Origin: Ignavibacteria bacterium
GTDB lineage: Bacteria; Bacteroidota; Ignavibacteria; UBA10030
DNA length: 64,000 bases
Assembly (NCBI GenBank): GCA_016873805.1
Contig: VGVZ01000004.1
Span: 66,864-130,863 of the forward strand
Direction of reading: 5' to 3'
A program made the translations under genes and the position numbers. Under the pieces are notes generated by a model. It was not told the DNA's origin and did not search any database. It saw only the letters and a list, made by a program, of their open reading frames with translations. How positions within the stretch are numbered: the stretch's first letter is position 1; each line of letters begins with the position of its first letter. Below, piece after piece: positions 32,775-42,745 of the stretch.

Positions 32775-32909
32775 GGAAGACGAAACCTTCCGGGACGAGC
32801 ACCGAGGAGATGGGGCGAGTGATGCTTGCAGTTGAATCAAAAGGGAGTTAATTTTGGACGAATTGATCTCAAATCTTTTTCGCCAAATCAAATTGTCGGG
32901 AGGTTGGTT

Positions 32910-33332
32910 ATGAAAGCAGTATTGCTGGTTGTGTTGTGTGTGATGATGAGCGTCGCTGCGTTCGGCCAGGATAAGAACACCCACACCGTGTCCCTGTCGA
33001 TCGAAGGGATGACGTGCGGAAGCTGCGCAAGCAAAGTCGACAAGGCCCTCAAGGGAGTCGAAGGTGTCAAGGATGTTGCCGTGAGTGTCGAGGACAAATC
33101 CGCCACAATCGTTCTTGCGCAGAACACGGCCGTCTCTGCCGATAACCTCGCAAAGGTTGTCACGGAAGCCGGTTACAAAGCATCCGTGAAGAAATCTGAG
33201 GGGAAGACCGTGAAGAACGAGGTGAAAGTCGAGAAGAAAATGGAGAAGGAAGATGGATGCTGCGGCACTGGAAGCAGCTGCGAAACAGAGAAGAAGGAAG
33301 GCGAAAAGGAAGTGAAGAAGAAGAAGGACTAG
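32910..33332 (+). CDS. Secreted heavy-metal-associated (HMA) domain protein with a Lys/Cys-rich tail
   Basis: It has a signal peptide, the GMTCGSC metal-binding motif, and a C-terminal …DGCCGTGSSCE… segment. Confidence 0.7.
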   Translation: MKAVLLVVLCVMMSVAAFGQDKNTHTVSLSIEGMTCGSCASKVDKALKGVEGVKDVAVSVEDKSATIVLAQNTAVSADNLAKVVTEAGYKASVKKSEGKTVKNEVKVEKKMEKEDGCCGTGSSCETEKKEGEKEVKKKKD

Positions 33333-33395
33333 ATCGGACATCAGTTTGCGGAAATTGGAATCCCCCTGGCGACTCCCAGGGGGATTTTCTTTCCA

Positions 33396-33742
33396 TGAAT
33401 CAAGAAGGAGATCACGTGATGGGACACATTCCAAAGCGATACCTGAAGTTCAAGGAGGAGTTTCCGGAGGCGGCGAAGTTGTACGAGACTCTCGGAACTG
33501 CCGTGCACGCCGCGGGTCCGCTCGACAACAGAAGCCGCGCACTGGTGAAGTTCGCTATCTCTGTGGGCGCACGGTTGGAGGGGGGAGCACATTCTCATAT
33601 CCGGAAAGCACTTGAAACGGGTGTCAAAGCCGAAGAGCTCAAACATGTTGCTCTCCTGGCGATTCCGACAATCGGTCTCCCGTCGGCTATGGCGGCGATG
33701 AGTTGGATCGACGATATTCTCGAGAGCACACCGAGCCGATAG
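33396..33742 (+). CDS. Carboxymuconolactone decarboxylase (AhpD-like) family protein
   Basis: The fold pattern is AhpD-like (…ALVKFAISVGARLEGGAHSHIRKALETG…), and the ORF is about 115 aa. Confidence 0.6.
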
Positions 33743-33772
33743 ATTGCACGCGACGCAATCAAGACTCCACGT

Positions 33773-34903
33773 ATGCCCTCCTACGATATCAACCAGTACC
33801 GATCGCTCTTTCCCTTCCTTGAAACGGGAAAACGATATTTCAATCATGCTTCCACGTCTCCCCTCTCGACCCGCGTGGTGGCAGCGATGCAGAACTATCT
33901 CCGGGAGAAGAGCATCGGCGATCTCGAGATCATCGACCGCGTGGTGAGACAGATTGTTGAACTGAAATCCGGCATTGCCACCCTTCTTCGTTCTTCGAAC
34001 GATCGCATCGCCCTCCTCGACAATACCTCAAATGGCTTGAATATCATCGCCAATGGATTGTCGTGGAAACACGGGGACCGCATCCTGATCCCGGATGTCG
34101 AATTCCCCGCCAACGTCTATCCCTTTCTGAATCTCCGACGTTTCGGCGTTGAGATAGATTTCCTGAAAACAAAGAGCGGTGCAATTCACGCCGAGGATGT
34201 CGACCGGGCCCTGACATCGCGCACGCGTCTCCTCACATTGAGTCATGTCCAGTTTCTGCATGGATTTCGAGCTGATCTGCAGTCGATCGGAGAAGTATGT
34301 CGCCGGAACGGTGTGGTGTTCTGTGTCGACGCCATTCAGTCTGCAGGAATTGTCCCCATCGATGTGGAAATAATGAAGATCGATTTTCTCGCGTCCGGCG
34401 CACAGAAGTGGCTGATGGCACCGGAGGGGATTTCATTCATCTATGTGTCGGAGGAATGTCAATCGCGCATCCAGCAGGCATACATGGGTTGGATGAATAT
34501 GAAAGACTTCTTCAGCGACTTCTTCCGATATCGGATGGAACTGGAACAGTCGGCTCGACGCTATGAAAACGGGACGCCGAATGTTGCCGGGATTGCAGGA
34601 TTCAACGCCTCGCTGGCGCTTCTCATGGAAGTCGGCGTCGAAAAGATTGAGGCGCACCTCCGGGACCTGACGCATACGATCACAGACCATGTGAGTGCAT
34701 CCGGGTTCGAACTCCTTTCTCCCGCGACAGAGGAGCACAGAGCTGGCATCGTGACGTTTCGTCCGCCTAATGCAAAGGAGTTGTTCGAGCGACTGCGTTC
34801 TCAGCAAATACTTGTCTCGCTCAGGGAAGACGCAATCCGTTTTTCACCACACTTCTACAATACGGTAGAAGACCTCCAGACCGCGCTGAGATATCTCCGC
34901 TAG
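33773..34903 (+). CDS. Class V aminotransferase (cysteine desulfurase/selenocysteine lyase-like PLP enzyme)
   Basis: The PLP-fold pattern and length (376 aa) match this class; …ASGAQKWLMAPEG… is the Lys-containing region. Confidence 0.75.
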   Translation: MPSYDINQYRSLFPFLETGKRYFNHASTSPLSTRVVAAMQNYLREKSIGDLEIIDRVVRQIVELKSGIATLLRSSNDRIALLDNTSNGLNIIANGLSWKHGDRILIPDVEFPANVYPFLNLRRFGVEIDFLKTKSGAIHAEDVDRALTSRTRLLTLSHVQFLHGFRADLQSIGEVCRRNGVVFCVDAIQSAGIVPIDVEIMKIDFLASGAQKWLMAPEGISFIYVSEECQSRIQQAYMGWMNMKDFFSDFFRYRMELEQSARRYENGTPNVAGIAGFNASLALLMEVGVEKIEAHLRDLTHTITDHVSASGFELLSPATEEHRAGIVTFRPPNAKELFERLRSQQILVSLREDAIRFSPHFYNTVEDLQTALRYLR

Positions 34904-34910
34904 CACACAC

Positions 34911-34959
34911 CGCCCCTGTCAGAACATACATGATCTACTGACAGGCGGCGTTTCTCTTC
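34911..34959 (+). terminator. Rho-independent terminator after the aminotransferase gene
   Basis: A stem (cgcccctgtcag…ctgacaggcggcg) is followed by tttctcttc. Confidence 0.6.
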
Positions 34960-35172
34960 GGGTGTCCACCGTTGCACTTCCTCCGCACTCTTCTTACATT
35001 AGCCCATCACGCCAAACGATCGTCAAATCACTGCGGCGGCCGGGCGCATGCCAATCACTTCCCACTCGTGCGCAGAGGTGATGGCGAGATCCAGGGCGCT
35101 CCGCTCTCCGACGGCCGCAGGAGTCTCTCCGAACAAAATACTCATCTATGAACACTTAACAGGGATCATTCC

Positions 35173-36282
35173 ATGGGAAAAGGTAAGATCAAGCGAATCG
35201 CCATCAACACCGGCGGTGGGGATGCTCCGGGTTTGAATGCCGTCATTCGTGCTGTTGTTCTTTCCGCGCTGAAGCGAGGATGGGAGTGCTACGGTATTCG
35301 AGAGGGATATCAGGGTATCATGTTTCCGGAGCGATACCCTGAAGGGGGCGTTTTCCGGTTGACGGGACCTTCGGTGCGCGGGATAACGCATCTGGGAGGA
35401 ACCATACTCGGCACAACGAATCGCGGCAATCCAATGCGATTTCCGATCAAAAATCCGGATGGGACAGTCAAGGAGATTGATCGCACCGATGAACTCATGG
35501 AACTGTTTGCGAGACATGAACTGGACGCGCTCATTGCAGTCGGAGGAGACGGCTCGCTTGCCATCGCGAACGTTTTGCACAAGAAGGGATTGAAGGTCGT
35601 TGGTGTTCCCAAAACGATCGACAACGATCTGGAGAAAACGGTCATCACATTCGGCTTTGACACTGCTGTGTCGTTTGCCACGAGTTGCATCGACCGATTG
35701 AATTCGACCGCAGAGGCACATCAGCGCGTAATGGTTGTGGAAGTGATGGGACGATATGCGGGATGGATTGCGCTCAACGCGGGGATTGCGTCGGCGTCTG
35801 ATGTGATTCTTATCCCGGAAATTCCGTATGATATCAACAAAGTGATCGAAAAGATCCTCGACCGGGAGAAGCGAGGCCGGTTCTTTTCGATTGTTGTTGT
35901 GGCTGAAGGAGCCAGGCCGGTTGGTGGAGGATATTCGGTGATCGAGAAAGAAGCGGGCAAAGCGGAGCGCCTCGGGGGTGCGGGCGAGCAGCTGGCGAAG
36001 CTGATTCAGGACGGATCGGGGAAAGAAACGCGATGTGTTGTCCTCGGTCATCTGCTGAGAGGAGGAAGCCCGACAATGTTTGACCGGTTGCTGTCGATTC
36101 GCTTCGGCGCTGCCGCCGTACGAGCGCTCGAAGAGGGGCAGTCGGGAATCATGGTCGCTCTCGACCCGCCGACGGTCAACTACGTGCCGTTGGAGCAGGC
36201 CACGAAGCGCATGAAGACCGTTCCTCTGGACTGCGATACGATTCTGACAGCCCGCGATCTCGGCATAAGTTTCGGCGACTGA
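35173..36282 (+). CDS. pfkA: 6-phosphofructokinase
   Basis: It has the GGDGS motif (AVGGDGSLA), the N-terminal NTGGGDAPGLNA and MGR motifs. Confidence 0.9.
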   Translation: MGKGKIKRIAINTGGGDAPGLNAVIRAVVLSALKRGWECYGIREGYQGIMFPERYPEGGVFRLTGPSVRGITHLGGTILGTTNRGNPMRFPIKNPDGTVKEIDRTDELMELFARHELDALIAVGGDGSLAIANVLHKKGLKVVGVPKTIDNDLEKTVITFGFDTAVSFATSCIDRLNSTAEAHQRVMVVEVMGRYAGWIALNAGIASASDVILIPEIPYDINKVIEKILDREKRGRFFSIVVVAEGARPVGGGYSVIEKEAGKAERLGGAGEQLAKLIQDGSGKETRCVVLGHLLRGGSPTMFDRLLSIRFGAAAVRALEEGQSGIMVALDPPTVNYVPLEQATKRMKTVPLDCDTILTARDLGISFGD

Positions 36283-36371
36283 CGCGAATGATGATACGCC
36301 AATCGCGTGCACCGAACCGTACAAAGAACATACCAACTCGATTCAATGATTCACAGTGACGGGAGGGAGAC

Positions 36372-37865
36372 ATGAAATATCTCTATGGCCTTCTTATTCC
36401 AATGATTGTTGCAGGGATGTGGGTAGGTACGACAATGAAGGACCGGGATCCACTGCGGACTCCAGCCATCAGTGAACAAACGCAGGAATGTCTGGGATGT
36501 CATGAGAATGTCAGCCCCGGTATCGTGGAAGACTGGCGCACCAGTCGTCATTCGACGACGTCGCCCGCTCAGGGTCTGCAGAAAGCGATGCTTGCACGAC
36601 GGATCTCAAACGAGAATATCCCTGCGAACCTCAAATCGGTCGTCGTCGGGTGCTACGAGTGTCACTCACTCAATCCCGCCGCGCACAAAGACAGTTTCGA
36701 ACACTTCGGATATCCCATCAATGTTATTGTCTCTCCCAACGATTGTGCCACGTGCCATTCGGTGGAGGCCGAGCAATATGCACACAGCAAAAAGGCACAT
36801 GCAGTCGGCAATCTGGAAGAAAATCCTGTCTACCACACATTGGTCGAAACGATCACCGGCGTGAAGGAATTCCATGAGGGGAAGATGACACACCTGAAAC
36901 CGTCGGAGTCGACGAAGAACGAGACGTGTTTTGCGTGTCATGGAACGCGGGTGGAAGTGAAAGGGATGCGAACCGTCGAAACTGATCTCGGACCAATTGA
37001 AGTGCCGAATCTCACCAACTGGCCGAATCAAGGAGTCGGTCGCATCAATCCGGATGGTTCAAGGGGCTCATGTACGGCATGCCATCCCCGTCACAGCTTC
37101 TCCATCGAAATCGCCCGCAAGCCCTACACATGTTCACAATGTCATCTCCAGCCGGATGTTCCTGCATGGGACGTGTACAAAGAAAGCAAACATGGAAACA
37201 TCTTCTTCTCCAAGTATGCGGAGTGGAATTGGAGCACTGTCCCCTGGCGGGTCGGCGTTGATTTCAAAGCGCCGACGTGCGCAACGTGTCACAACAGTCT
37301 ACTCGTCAATTCCGCCGGCGAGGTTGTTGCCGAACGTTCCCATGATTTCGGATCTCGACTCTGGGTGAGGATCTTCGGACTCATCTACACACATCCTCAA
37401 CCGAAAAGCGGAGCCACGTCGATCATCAAGAACAAAGATGGGCTGCCCCTTCCGACGACATTCAAAGGGGAGATTGCGCACCAGTATCTCATCGATGCGC
37501 AGGAGCAGGGGAGGAGGAAAGAGGGGATGATGAAGGTGTGCCGATCGTGTCACAGCAGTTCGTGGACAGGTGGGTTTTTTGCCCGGTTTGACACCACCCT
37601 CGCTGAAACCGATCGGATGATCGCAACGACGACGAAGCTGATGCAGCGGGCATGGGATAACAAGCTCGCCGATCCCAAGAATCCCTTCGATGAAAAGATC
37701 GAGCAAATGTGGATTGCGAATTGGCTGTTCTATGCGAATTCCATTCGGTACGCAGCGGCGATGAGCGGGCCAGACTATGCAACGTTTAAGAACGGGTGGT
37801 GGGATTTGACGAAGAATCTGCAGGACATGAAAGAAGAAATCGACGGGAGGATGAAGAGGAAATAA
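36372..37865 (+). CDS. Membrane-anchored octaheme c-type cytochrome (HAO/octaheme family-like)
   Basis: It has eight CxxCH motifs and an N-terminal hydrophobic anchor. At 497 aa, its length fits HAO-like octaheme cytochromes. Confidence 0.8.
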   Translation: MKYLYGLLIPMIVAGMWVGTTMKDRDPLRTPAISEQTQECLGCHENVSPGIVEDWRTSRHSTTSPAQGLQKAMLARRISNENIPANLKSVVVGCYECHSLNPAAHKDSFEHFGYPINVIVSPNDCATCHSVEAEQYAHSKKAHAVGNLEENPVYHTLVETITGVKEFHEGKMTHLKPSESTKNETCFACHGTRVEVKGMRTVETDLGPIEVPNLTNWPNQGVGRINPDGSRGSCTACHPRHSFSIEIARKPYTCSQCHLQPDVPAWDVYKESKHGNIFFSKYAEWNWSTVPWRVGVDFKAPTCATCHNSLLVNSAGEVVAERSHDFGSRLWVRIFGLIYTHPQPKSGATSIIKNKDGLPLPTTFKGEIAHQYLIDAQEQGRRKEGMMKVCRSCHSSSWTGGFFARFDTTLAETDRMIATTTKLMQRAWDNKLADPKNPFDEKIEQMWIANWLFYANSIRYAAAMSGPDYATFKNGWWDLTKNLQDMKEEIDGRMKRK

Positions 37866-37924
37866 AAGCAACGGCTTTCTCGATCTTTCCTGTCGGTATG
37901 GGCGAACGATGGCGTGTGCGTAAA

Positions 37925-37974
37925 CCTTCCAGAGGTGGATTCGCAAGATTCAAAAGACCTCTGGAAGGTTTTTT
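37925..37974 (+). terminator. Rho-independent terminator after the cytochrome gene
   Basis: A 12-bp stem (ccttccagaggt…acctctggaagg) is followed by TTTTTT. Confidence 0.75.
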
Positions 37975-38154
37975 GCACCTATCTCATCCGGGTTTTCGTA
38001 TATTGAGTTGTTTCGCAGATGCAACACGACAATCTTCCCGTAGAGGATCAAACGGGAATGATGTGAATCATCGAGGATTGATGATCACGCCATCCGTGAA
38101 ACGGCAGTTAAGAATCATACAACGCTCCACATTCAGAACAAGGAGGCATCAGTT

Positions 38155-40263
38155 ATGCGTTATGTTTTTTGCCTTTTGATCGTCGTGGGGATTGCAGGGA
38201 TGAGCATGAATGCACAGACGACACAAACAACCGCACAGATCAATCCGTTGCTGATGCAATGGAATACACCGTTTGGGATTCCGCCGTTCGATCAGATCAA
38301 GGATGAGCACTTCCTTCCCGCGGTCGAAGCAGGGATTGCCGAACAGCGGAAAGAGGTAGACATTATCGCAAACAGCACCGAACCCCCGATGTTCGCCAAC
38401 ACAATCGAGGCCCTGGATGCAACGGGGGAGCTTCTGAGCAAGGTGAGCGCGGTATTCGGCAATCTCTCATCGGCGGAGACGAACGACAATCTCCAGGCCA
38501 TCGCCCGTAGAATTACACCCCTCACCTCGGCCCTACGCGATGATATTATGCTCAATGAGAAGCTCTTTGCGCGGGTGAAAGCTGTCTGGGAACAACGCGA
38601 CAAACTGAAGCTCAGGGCCGATCAGATCCGCTTGTTGGAGGAGACATACAAGAATTTTGTCCGAAGCGGAGCTAATCTCACACCTCAGCAAAAGGAGCGG
38701 TTGCGCAAAATCAATGAGGAATCATCTCTGCTCAGTCTGAGGTTCGGCGAGAACCTCCTGAAGGAAACCAACAACTATCGGCTCGTGATCGAGAAGAAGG
38801 AAGATTTGGCTGGATTGCCCGACGGCGTGATCGCTGCCGCAGCGGATGCCGCGAAATCGGCCGGCATGGAAGGGAAATGGGTGTTCACTCTTCACGCACC
38901 GAGCATCTGGCCGTTCATGACCTATGCCGAGAACCGTGATCTCCGTCGGCAGATCTTTACGGCGTACATCATGAGAGGCGACCAAGGCAACGAGAGGGAC
39001 AACAAATCGCTTCTCGTAAAGATTGCCGCGCTGCGCGCCGAGAGAGCAAAACTGCTCGGTTTTCCGACGCACGCCCATTTTGTTCTCGACAATCGCATGG
39101 CAAAGACTCCCGAGAATGTGTACGGCTTGCTGAATCGCCTCTGGCCGGCGGCGCTGAACGTAGCGAAAAAAGAAATCGCCGACATGCAGGCGTTGATCAA
39201 GTCTGAAGGGAAGGAGTTCAAACTCGAACCGTGGGATTGGTGGTTCTACGCCGAAAAGGTGAAGAAGGCGAAATACGATCTCGATGAGAATGTCGTTCGT
39301 GAATACTTTACTCTCGAGAATGTCCGCCAGGGTGCATTCACTGTCGCCACAAAACTGTATGGGGTGAGTTTCGTCGAGCACACGAACCTTCCGAAGTATC
39401 ATTCCGAAGTTCGTGCGTTTGAAGTGAAAGACAAGGATGGCTCTCATCTTGCCCTCTTCCTTGTCGACTACCATCCGCGTGCCGGCAAGCGAAGTGGTGC
39501 GTGGGCAAGCCGGTATCGCAGCCAGCAAATCAGGGAGGGAAAAGATATCCGGCCGATCGTCGTCAATGTGTGCAATTTCACGCGTCCCATACCGGGACAG
39601 CCGGCCCTCCTCCGTCTGGAAGAAGTCGAAACGCTCTTCCATGAATTCGGCCATGCGCTGCATTCCATCTTCTCCCGTATCCACTACCGCGGCATCGCCG
39701 GCGTCCCAACCGATTTTGTTGAACTCCCCTCGCAAATCATGGAGAACTGGGCGCTGGAGCCAGAGGTGCTGAAGATCTACGCGAAGCACTGGCAAACGGG
39801 TGCCGTCATCCCGGATGAATTGATTCGGAAGATCGAAAACGCCGAGAAGTTCAATCAGGGATTCAAAACCGTCGAATACCTTGCCGCATCGTACCTCGAT
39901 CTCGATTGGCACACCTTCACGGAGCCGAAAGAAGTCGATGCCGGTGCGTTCGAGAAGAGTTCGCTGCAAAAGATCGGACTGATGCCGGAAATCGTATCAC
40001 GATATCGGAGTCCGTACTTCCAGCATATCTTCTCCGGAGGATATTCTGCGGGCTACTACAGCTACATCTGGAGCGAGGTGCTCGATTCCGATGCATTCAC
40101 GGCGTTCAAGGAAAAGGGGATATTCGATCAGCCAACGGCAGCGTCATTCCGAAAGAACATTCTCGAAAAGGGGGGAACCGAAGAGGCGATGGAGATGTAT
40201 AAGAAGTTTAGAGGACGAGAACCTTCTGTGGAACCTCTGCTGGAGAAACGCGGTTTGAAGTAG
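38155..40263 (+). CDS. dcp: M3-family peptidyl-dipeptidase
   Basis: It has the HEFGHALH zinc motif, the M3 architecture at 702 aa, and a signal peptide. Confidence 0.9.
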   Translation: MRYVFCLLIVVGIAGMSMNAQTTQTTAQINPLLMQWNTPFGIPPFDQIKDEHFLPAVEAGIAEQRKEVDIIANSTEPPMFANTIEALDATGELLSKVSAVFGNLSSAETNDNLQAIARRITPLTSALRDDIMLNEKLFARVKAVWEQRDKLKLRADQIRLLEETYKNFVRSGANLTPQQKERLRKINEESSLLSLRFGENLLKETNNYRLVIEKKEDLAGLPDGVIAAAADAAKSAGMEGKWVFTLHAPSIWPFMTYAENRDLRRQIFTAYIMRGDQGNERDNKSLLVKIAALRAERAKLLGFPTHAHFVLDNRMAKTPENVYGLLNRLWPAALNVAKKEIADMQALIKSEGKEFKLEPWDWWFYAEKVKKAKYDLDENVVREYFTLENVRQGAFTVATKLYGVSFVEHTNLPKYHSEVRAFEVKDKDGSHLALFLVDYHPRAGKRSGAWASRYRSQQIREGKDIRPIVVNVCNFTRPIPGQPALLRLEEVETLFHEFGHALHSIFSRIHYRGIAGVPTDFVELPSQIMENWALEPEVLKIYAKHWQTGAVIPDELIRKIENAEKFNQGFKTVEYLAASYLDLDWHTFTEPKEVDAGAFEKSSLQKIGLMPEIVSRYRSPYFQHIFSGGYSAGYYSYIWSEVLDSDAFTAFKEKGIFDQPTAASFRKNILEKGGTEEAMEMYKKFRGREPSVEPLLEKRGLK

Positions 40264-40302
40264 CGCAGTTGATATTCACCGGAGTCGGATTGTGGTGATG
40301 CA

Positions 40303-40337
40303 ATCCCCGGGGCCCTGCGGTCTCGGGGATTTTTTTT
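40303..40337 (+). terminator. Terminator hairpin between the convergent dcp and methyltransferase genes
   Basis: The stem atccccg…cggggat is followed by tttttttt. Confidence 0.6.
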
Positions 40338-40345
40338 GAGTTACA

Positions 40346-41284
40346 TCACTTCCGGCGTGAACGGGATCGCGGTTTGTCCCCGGGAGGTGATTGGGTCATG
40401 CGAGAGGAACTTTGCCATTCCGCAATCCGGCTCATCGCCAGTTCGATATATTCTCGGCTTGTGTCATATCCAACAAAGCTCCGATCCGAACGGAGTGCCG
40501 CGATGGCTGTTGTGCCGCTTCCCATGAAGGGATCAAGCACGACATCACCGGCAAACGAATAGAGTTGAATCAGACGGTATGGAAGTTCTTCAGGGAACGG
40601 GGCAGGATGCCCCACCTTTTTGGCCGACACCGCGTTCATTGTCCAGATCGACTTGGTCCATTCGAGGAATTGGTCCCGGGATATCGTGTTCGTCTTGTTC
40701 CCAATGGCGCGGGAAAAATCGCCTTTGGAGAAAACGAGGATGTACTCATGGATATCCCGCAGAATGGGATTGGCAGCCGATTGCCAGCTTCCCCATGCTG
40801 TCGAAGGGCTTGCGCTCGCGGCCTTGTTCCAGACGATTTCCCCGCGCATGAGAAATCCGATGTCGATCATGATTCTTGAGATGTAGTCGGAAAGGGGAAT
40901 GTACGGTTTCCGGCCAAGGTTGGCGATGTTGATGCAGGCACGTCCACCATTCACGAGTACGCGAAACGTCTCGGAAAATACGTTTCTGAGGAGCTTCAAA
41001 TACTCCTCCAGGCTGAGATCGTTGTCGTACTCTTTCGTTGCATTGTAGGGGGGAGAGGTGATCATGAGATGGATTGAGCGATCGGGGAGATGACTCATGT
41101 GTTCGGAGCTCGTGTGGATGATCCTGTTTTCGAACTCCTTAGGGATGAGATTCTCTTCCGTCGGGGCAGACTCGGAGACCCGTAGAGCTTCGTACATTCG
41201 TGAATCGTAGAAACGCGAGGAATCATGACTGATTCGCCCTTTCGTTCCAAACGAACTGGTGGATGTACGGCGCTGTCTCTTCAC
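40346..41284 (-). CDS. Beta-class DNA methyltransferase (N4-C/N6-A; SPPY motif) with no restriction enzyme nearby
   Basis: Motif IV (ITSPPYN) precedes motif I (LDPFMGSGTT), the beta-class order. No restriction enzyme gene was found within 15 kb. Confidence 0.75.
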   Translation of the reverse strand: MKRQRRTSTSSFGTKGRISHDSSRFYDSRMYEALRVSESAPTEENLIPKEFENRIIHTSSEHMSHLPDRSIHLMITSPPYNATKEYDNDLSLEEYLKLLRNVFSETFRVLVNGGRACINIANLGRKPYIPLSDYISRIMIDIGFLMRGEIVWNKAASASPSTAWGSWQSAANPILRDIHEYILVFSKGDFSRAIGNKTNTISRDQFLEWTKSIWTMNAVSAKKVGHPAPFPEELPYRLIQLYSFAGDVVLDPFMGSGTTAIAALRSDRSFVGYDTSREYIELAMSRIAEWQSSSRMTQSPPGDKPRSRSRRK

Positions 41285-41482
41285 AAGCGTTCTCCCAAGT
41301 GCTCTGCAAAGCTAACGGATTTTCCAGCTTTTCTCAAATCGTGAATAGAAGACTCTTGGGAAGATTCGGTTGGATTGTTGACACACCCGTTCGAAGACAA
41401 AAAGAAAGGGATGGAAGAGTTGAGTTCTCTTCCATCCCTTCATGCAAACTAGGGAGTGCGGGATTCCCCGCCCTCGAGGTGA

Positions 41483-42745
41483 CTATTTCACGAGCACCAT
41501 TGTTCTGTTGGCGACCTTTGATCCGGCCCGGAGTTGGTAGACATAGAGGCCGCTGGGCAGATTGCCGGCTTCGAAGGTAACCGAGTACTTGCCAGCCGAC
41601 TGGTAGCGGTTGACAAGCGTGGAGACTTCCTGTCCGAGCATGTTAAAGACTTTCAGCGTGACTTCAGAGGGAGTCTGGATCTCATAGGTAATTGTGGTGC
41701 TTGGATTGAACGGATTCGGGTAGTTTGGACCGAGAGTTGACTTGTTCTCTGTCTCGAGTTCCGCCAAGTTGCCACCTCGCTCCAGACCGCTGCCTGCAAG
41801 ATAAGCATTGGGGCCGGCGGCAGTCTGAATCGTGCCGAATTCCGTTTCAACCGGATACCAAGTCTCGTACAGATCGAAATTAGCGGCGCCAAAGAAGCCA
41901 ATCCTGTAGCCAACCTGTTGACCCGCGGAGATTGCCATGTCGAAGCTGTCTCCGCTGTTCAGAGGATGAGACATTTCGAAGACAAACGTTGTTGCATCGG
42001 CGCTATAGGCTCCGATTCCATGCTGGTCCGCATCAAACTGGAAGCATGGTACCTTATAAGGAGAAGAATCACAGACACCAGGCGGGAAAGCAGAACCATC
42101 AATGAACGGAAGATCGTTGCCGACATAGACCACGTCATCGTTGCTGGCGAGATCTATTCGCAATGCGACGAGATTCAACGGATCGAAACTGCCGATCGGA
42201 ACTGCAAATGCGAAGTAAATATTATCTGCATCATTCAGGACGTAGAGTGTTCCATCGACTCCTCCACCGAGAAGAGGGAACGTAACACTGCCGGCATTTG
42301 CCCATTCTCCCCCACCTGGAGGAGGATTGATGATGTTGTTCGCGGCCGCGGTCCATTGATCGCCGAGAGCGACAGGCACATCTCCCTTCTTCACAAGCTT
42401 CTTCACCTCTTTGAGGAATTTCTCGATCTCATCCTCGGCCTGTTTCAATTTTCCCTGATCGATGCGCTTAAGTGCGTCTTCGAGGCTTCGGACGAGCAGC
42501 TTCACATCTTTGGCTTTCACCGTCTTGTCGGCAATCCGGGCTTCAACCTCGGTCTGCAGCGCTATGATGGCTGCCGGCGACAAAGGTTCTCCTCCGGGTC
42601 CCCCGCCTTCCAAGACGCCGTCGATTGTAGGTGTGCCCCATCCCGAGAGGATCTGGCCAGATGAAACCGACGCCACCATGAAGACGGCCAACAACACCAA
42701 GGCCAAGCGGTGTCCATTATGTTTCAAAAACTGTTCCCAATACAT
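41483..42745 (-). CDS. Secreted hypothetical protein with a T9SS C-terminal sorting domain
   Basis: It has a signal/TM N-terminus. The C-terminus (…NYPNPFNPSTTITYEI…LKVFNMLGQEV…GLYVYQLRAG…) is a T9SS-CTD type A pattern. Confidence 0.7.
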   Translation of the reverse strand: MYWEQFLKHNGHRLALVLLAVFMVASVSSGQILSGWGTPTIDGVLEGGGPGGEPLSPAAIIALQTEVEARIADKTVKAKDVKLLVRSLEDALKRIDQGKLKQAEDEIEKFLKEVKKLVKKGDVPVALGDQWTAAANNIINPPPGGGEWANAGSVTFPLLGGGVDGTLYVLNDADNIYFAFAVPIGSFDPLNLVALRIDLASNDDVVYVGNDLPFIDGSAFPPGVCDSSPYKVPCFQFDADQHGIGAYSADATTFVFEMSHPLNSGDSFDMAISAGQQVGYRIGFFGAANFDLYETWYPVETEFGTIQTAAGPNAYLAGSGLERGGNLAELETENKSTLGPNYPNPFNPSTTITYEIQTPSEVTLKVFNMLGQEVSTLVNRYQSAGKYSVTFEAGNLPSGLYVYQLRAGSKVANRTMVLVK

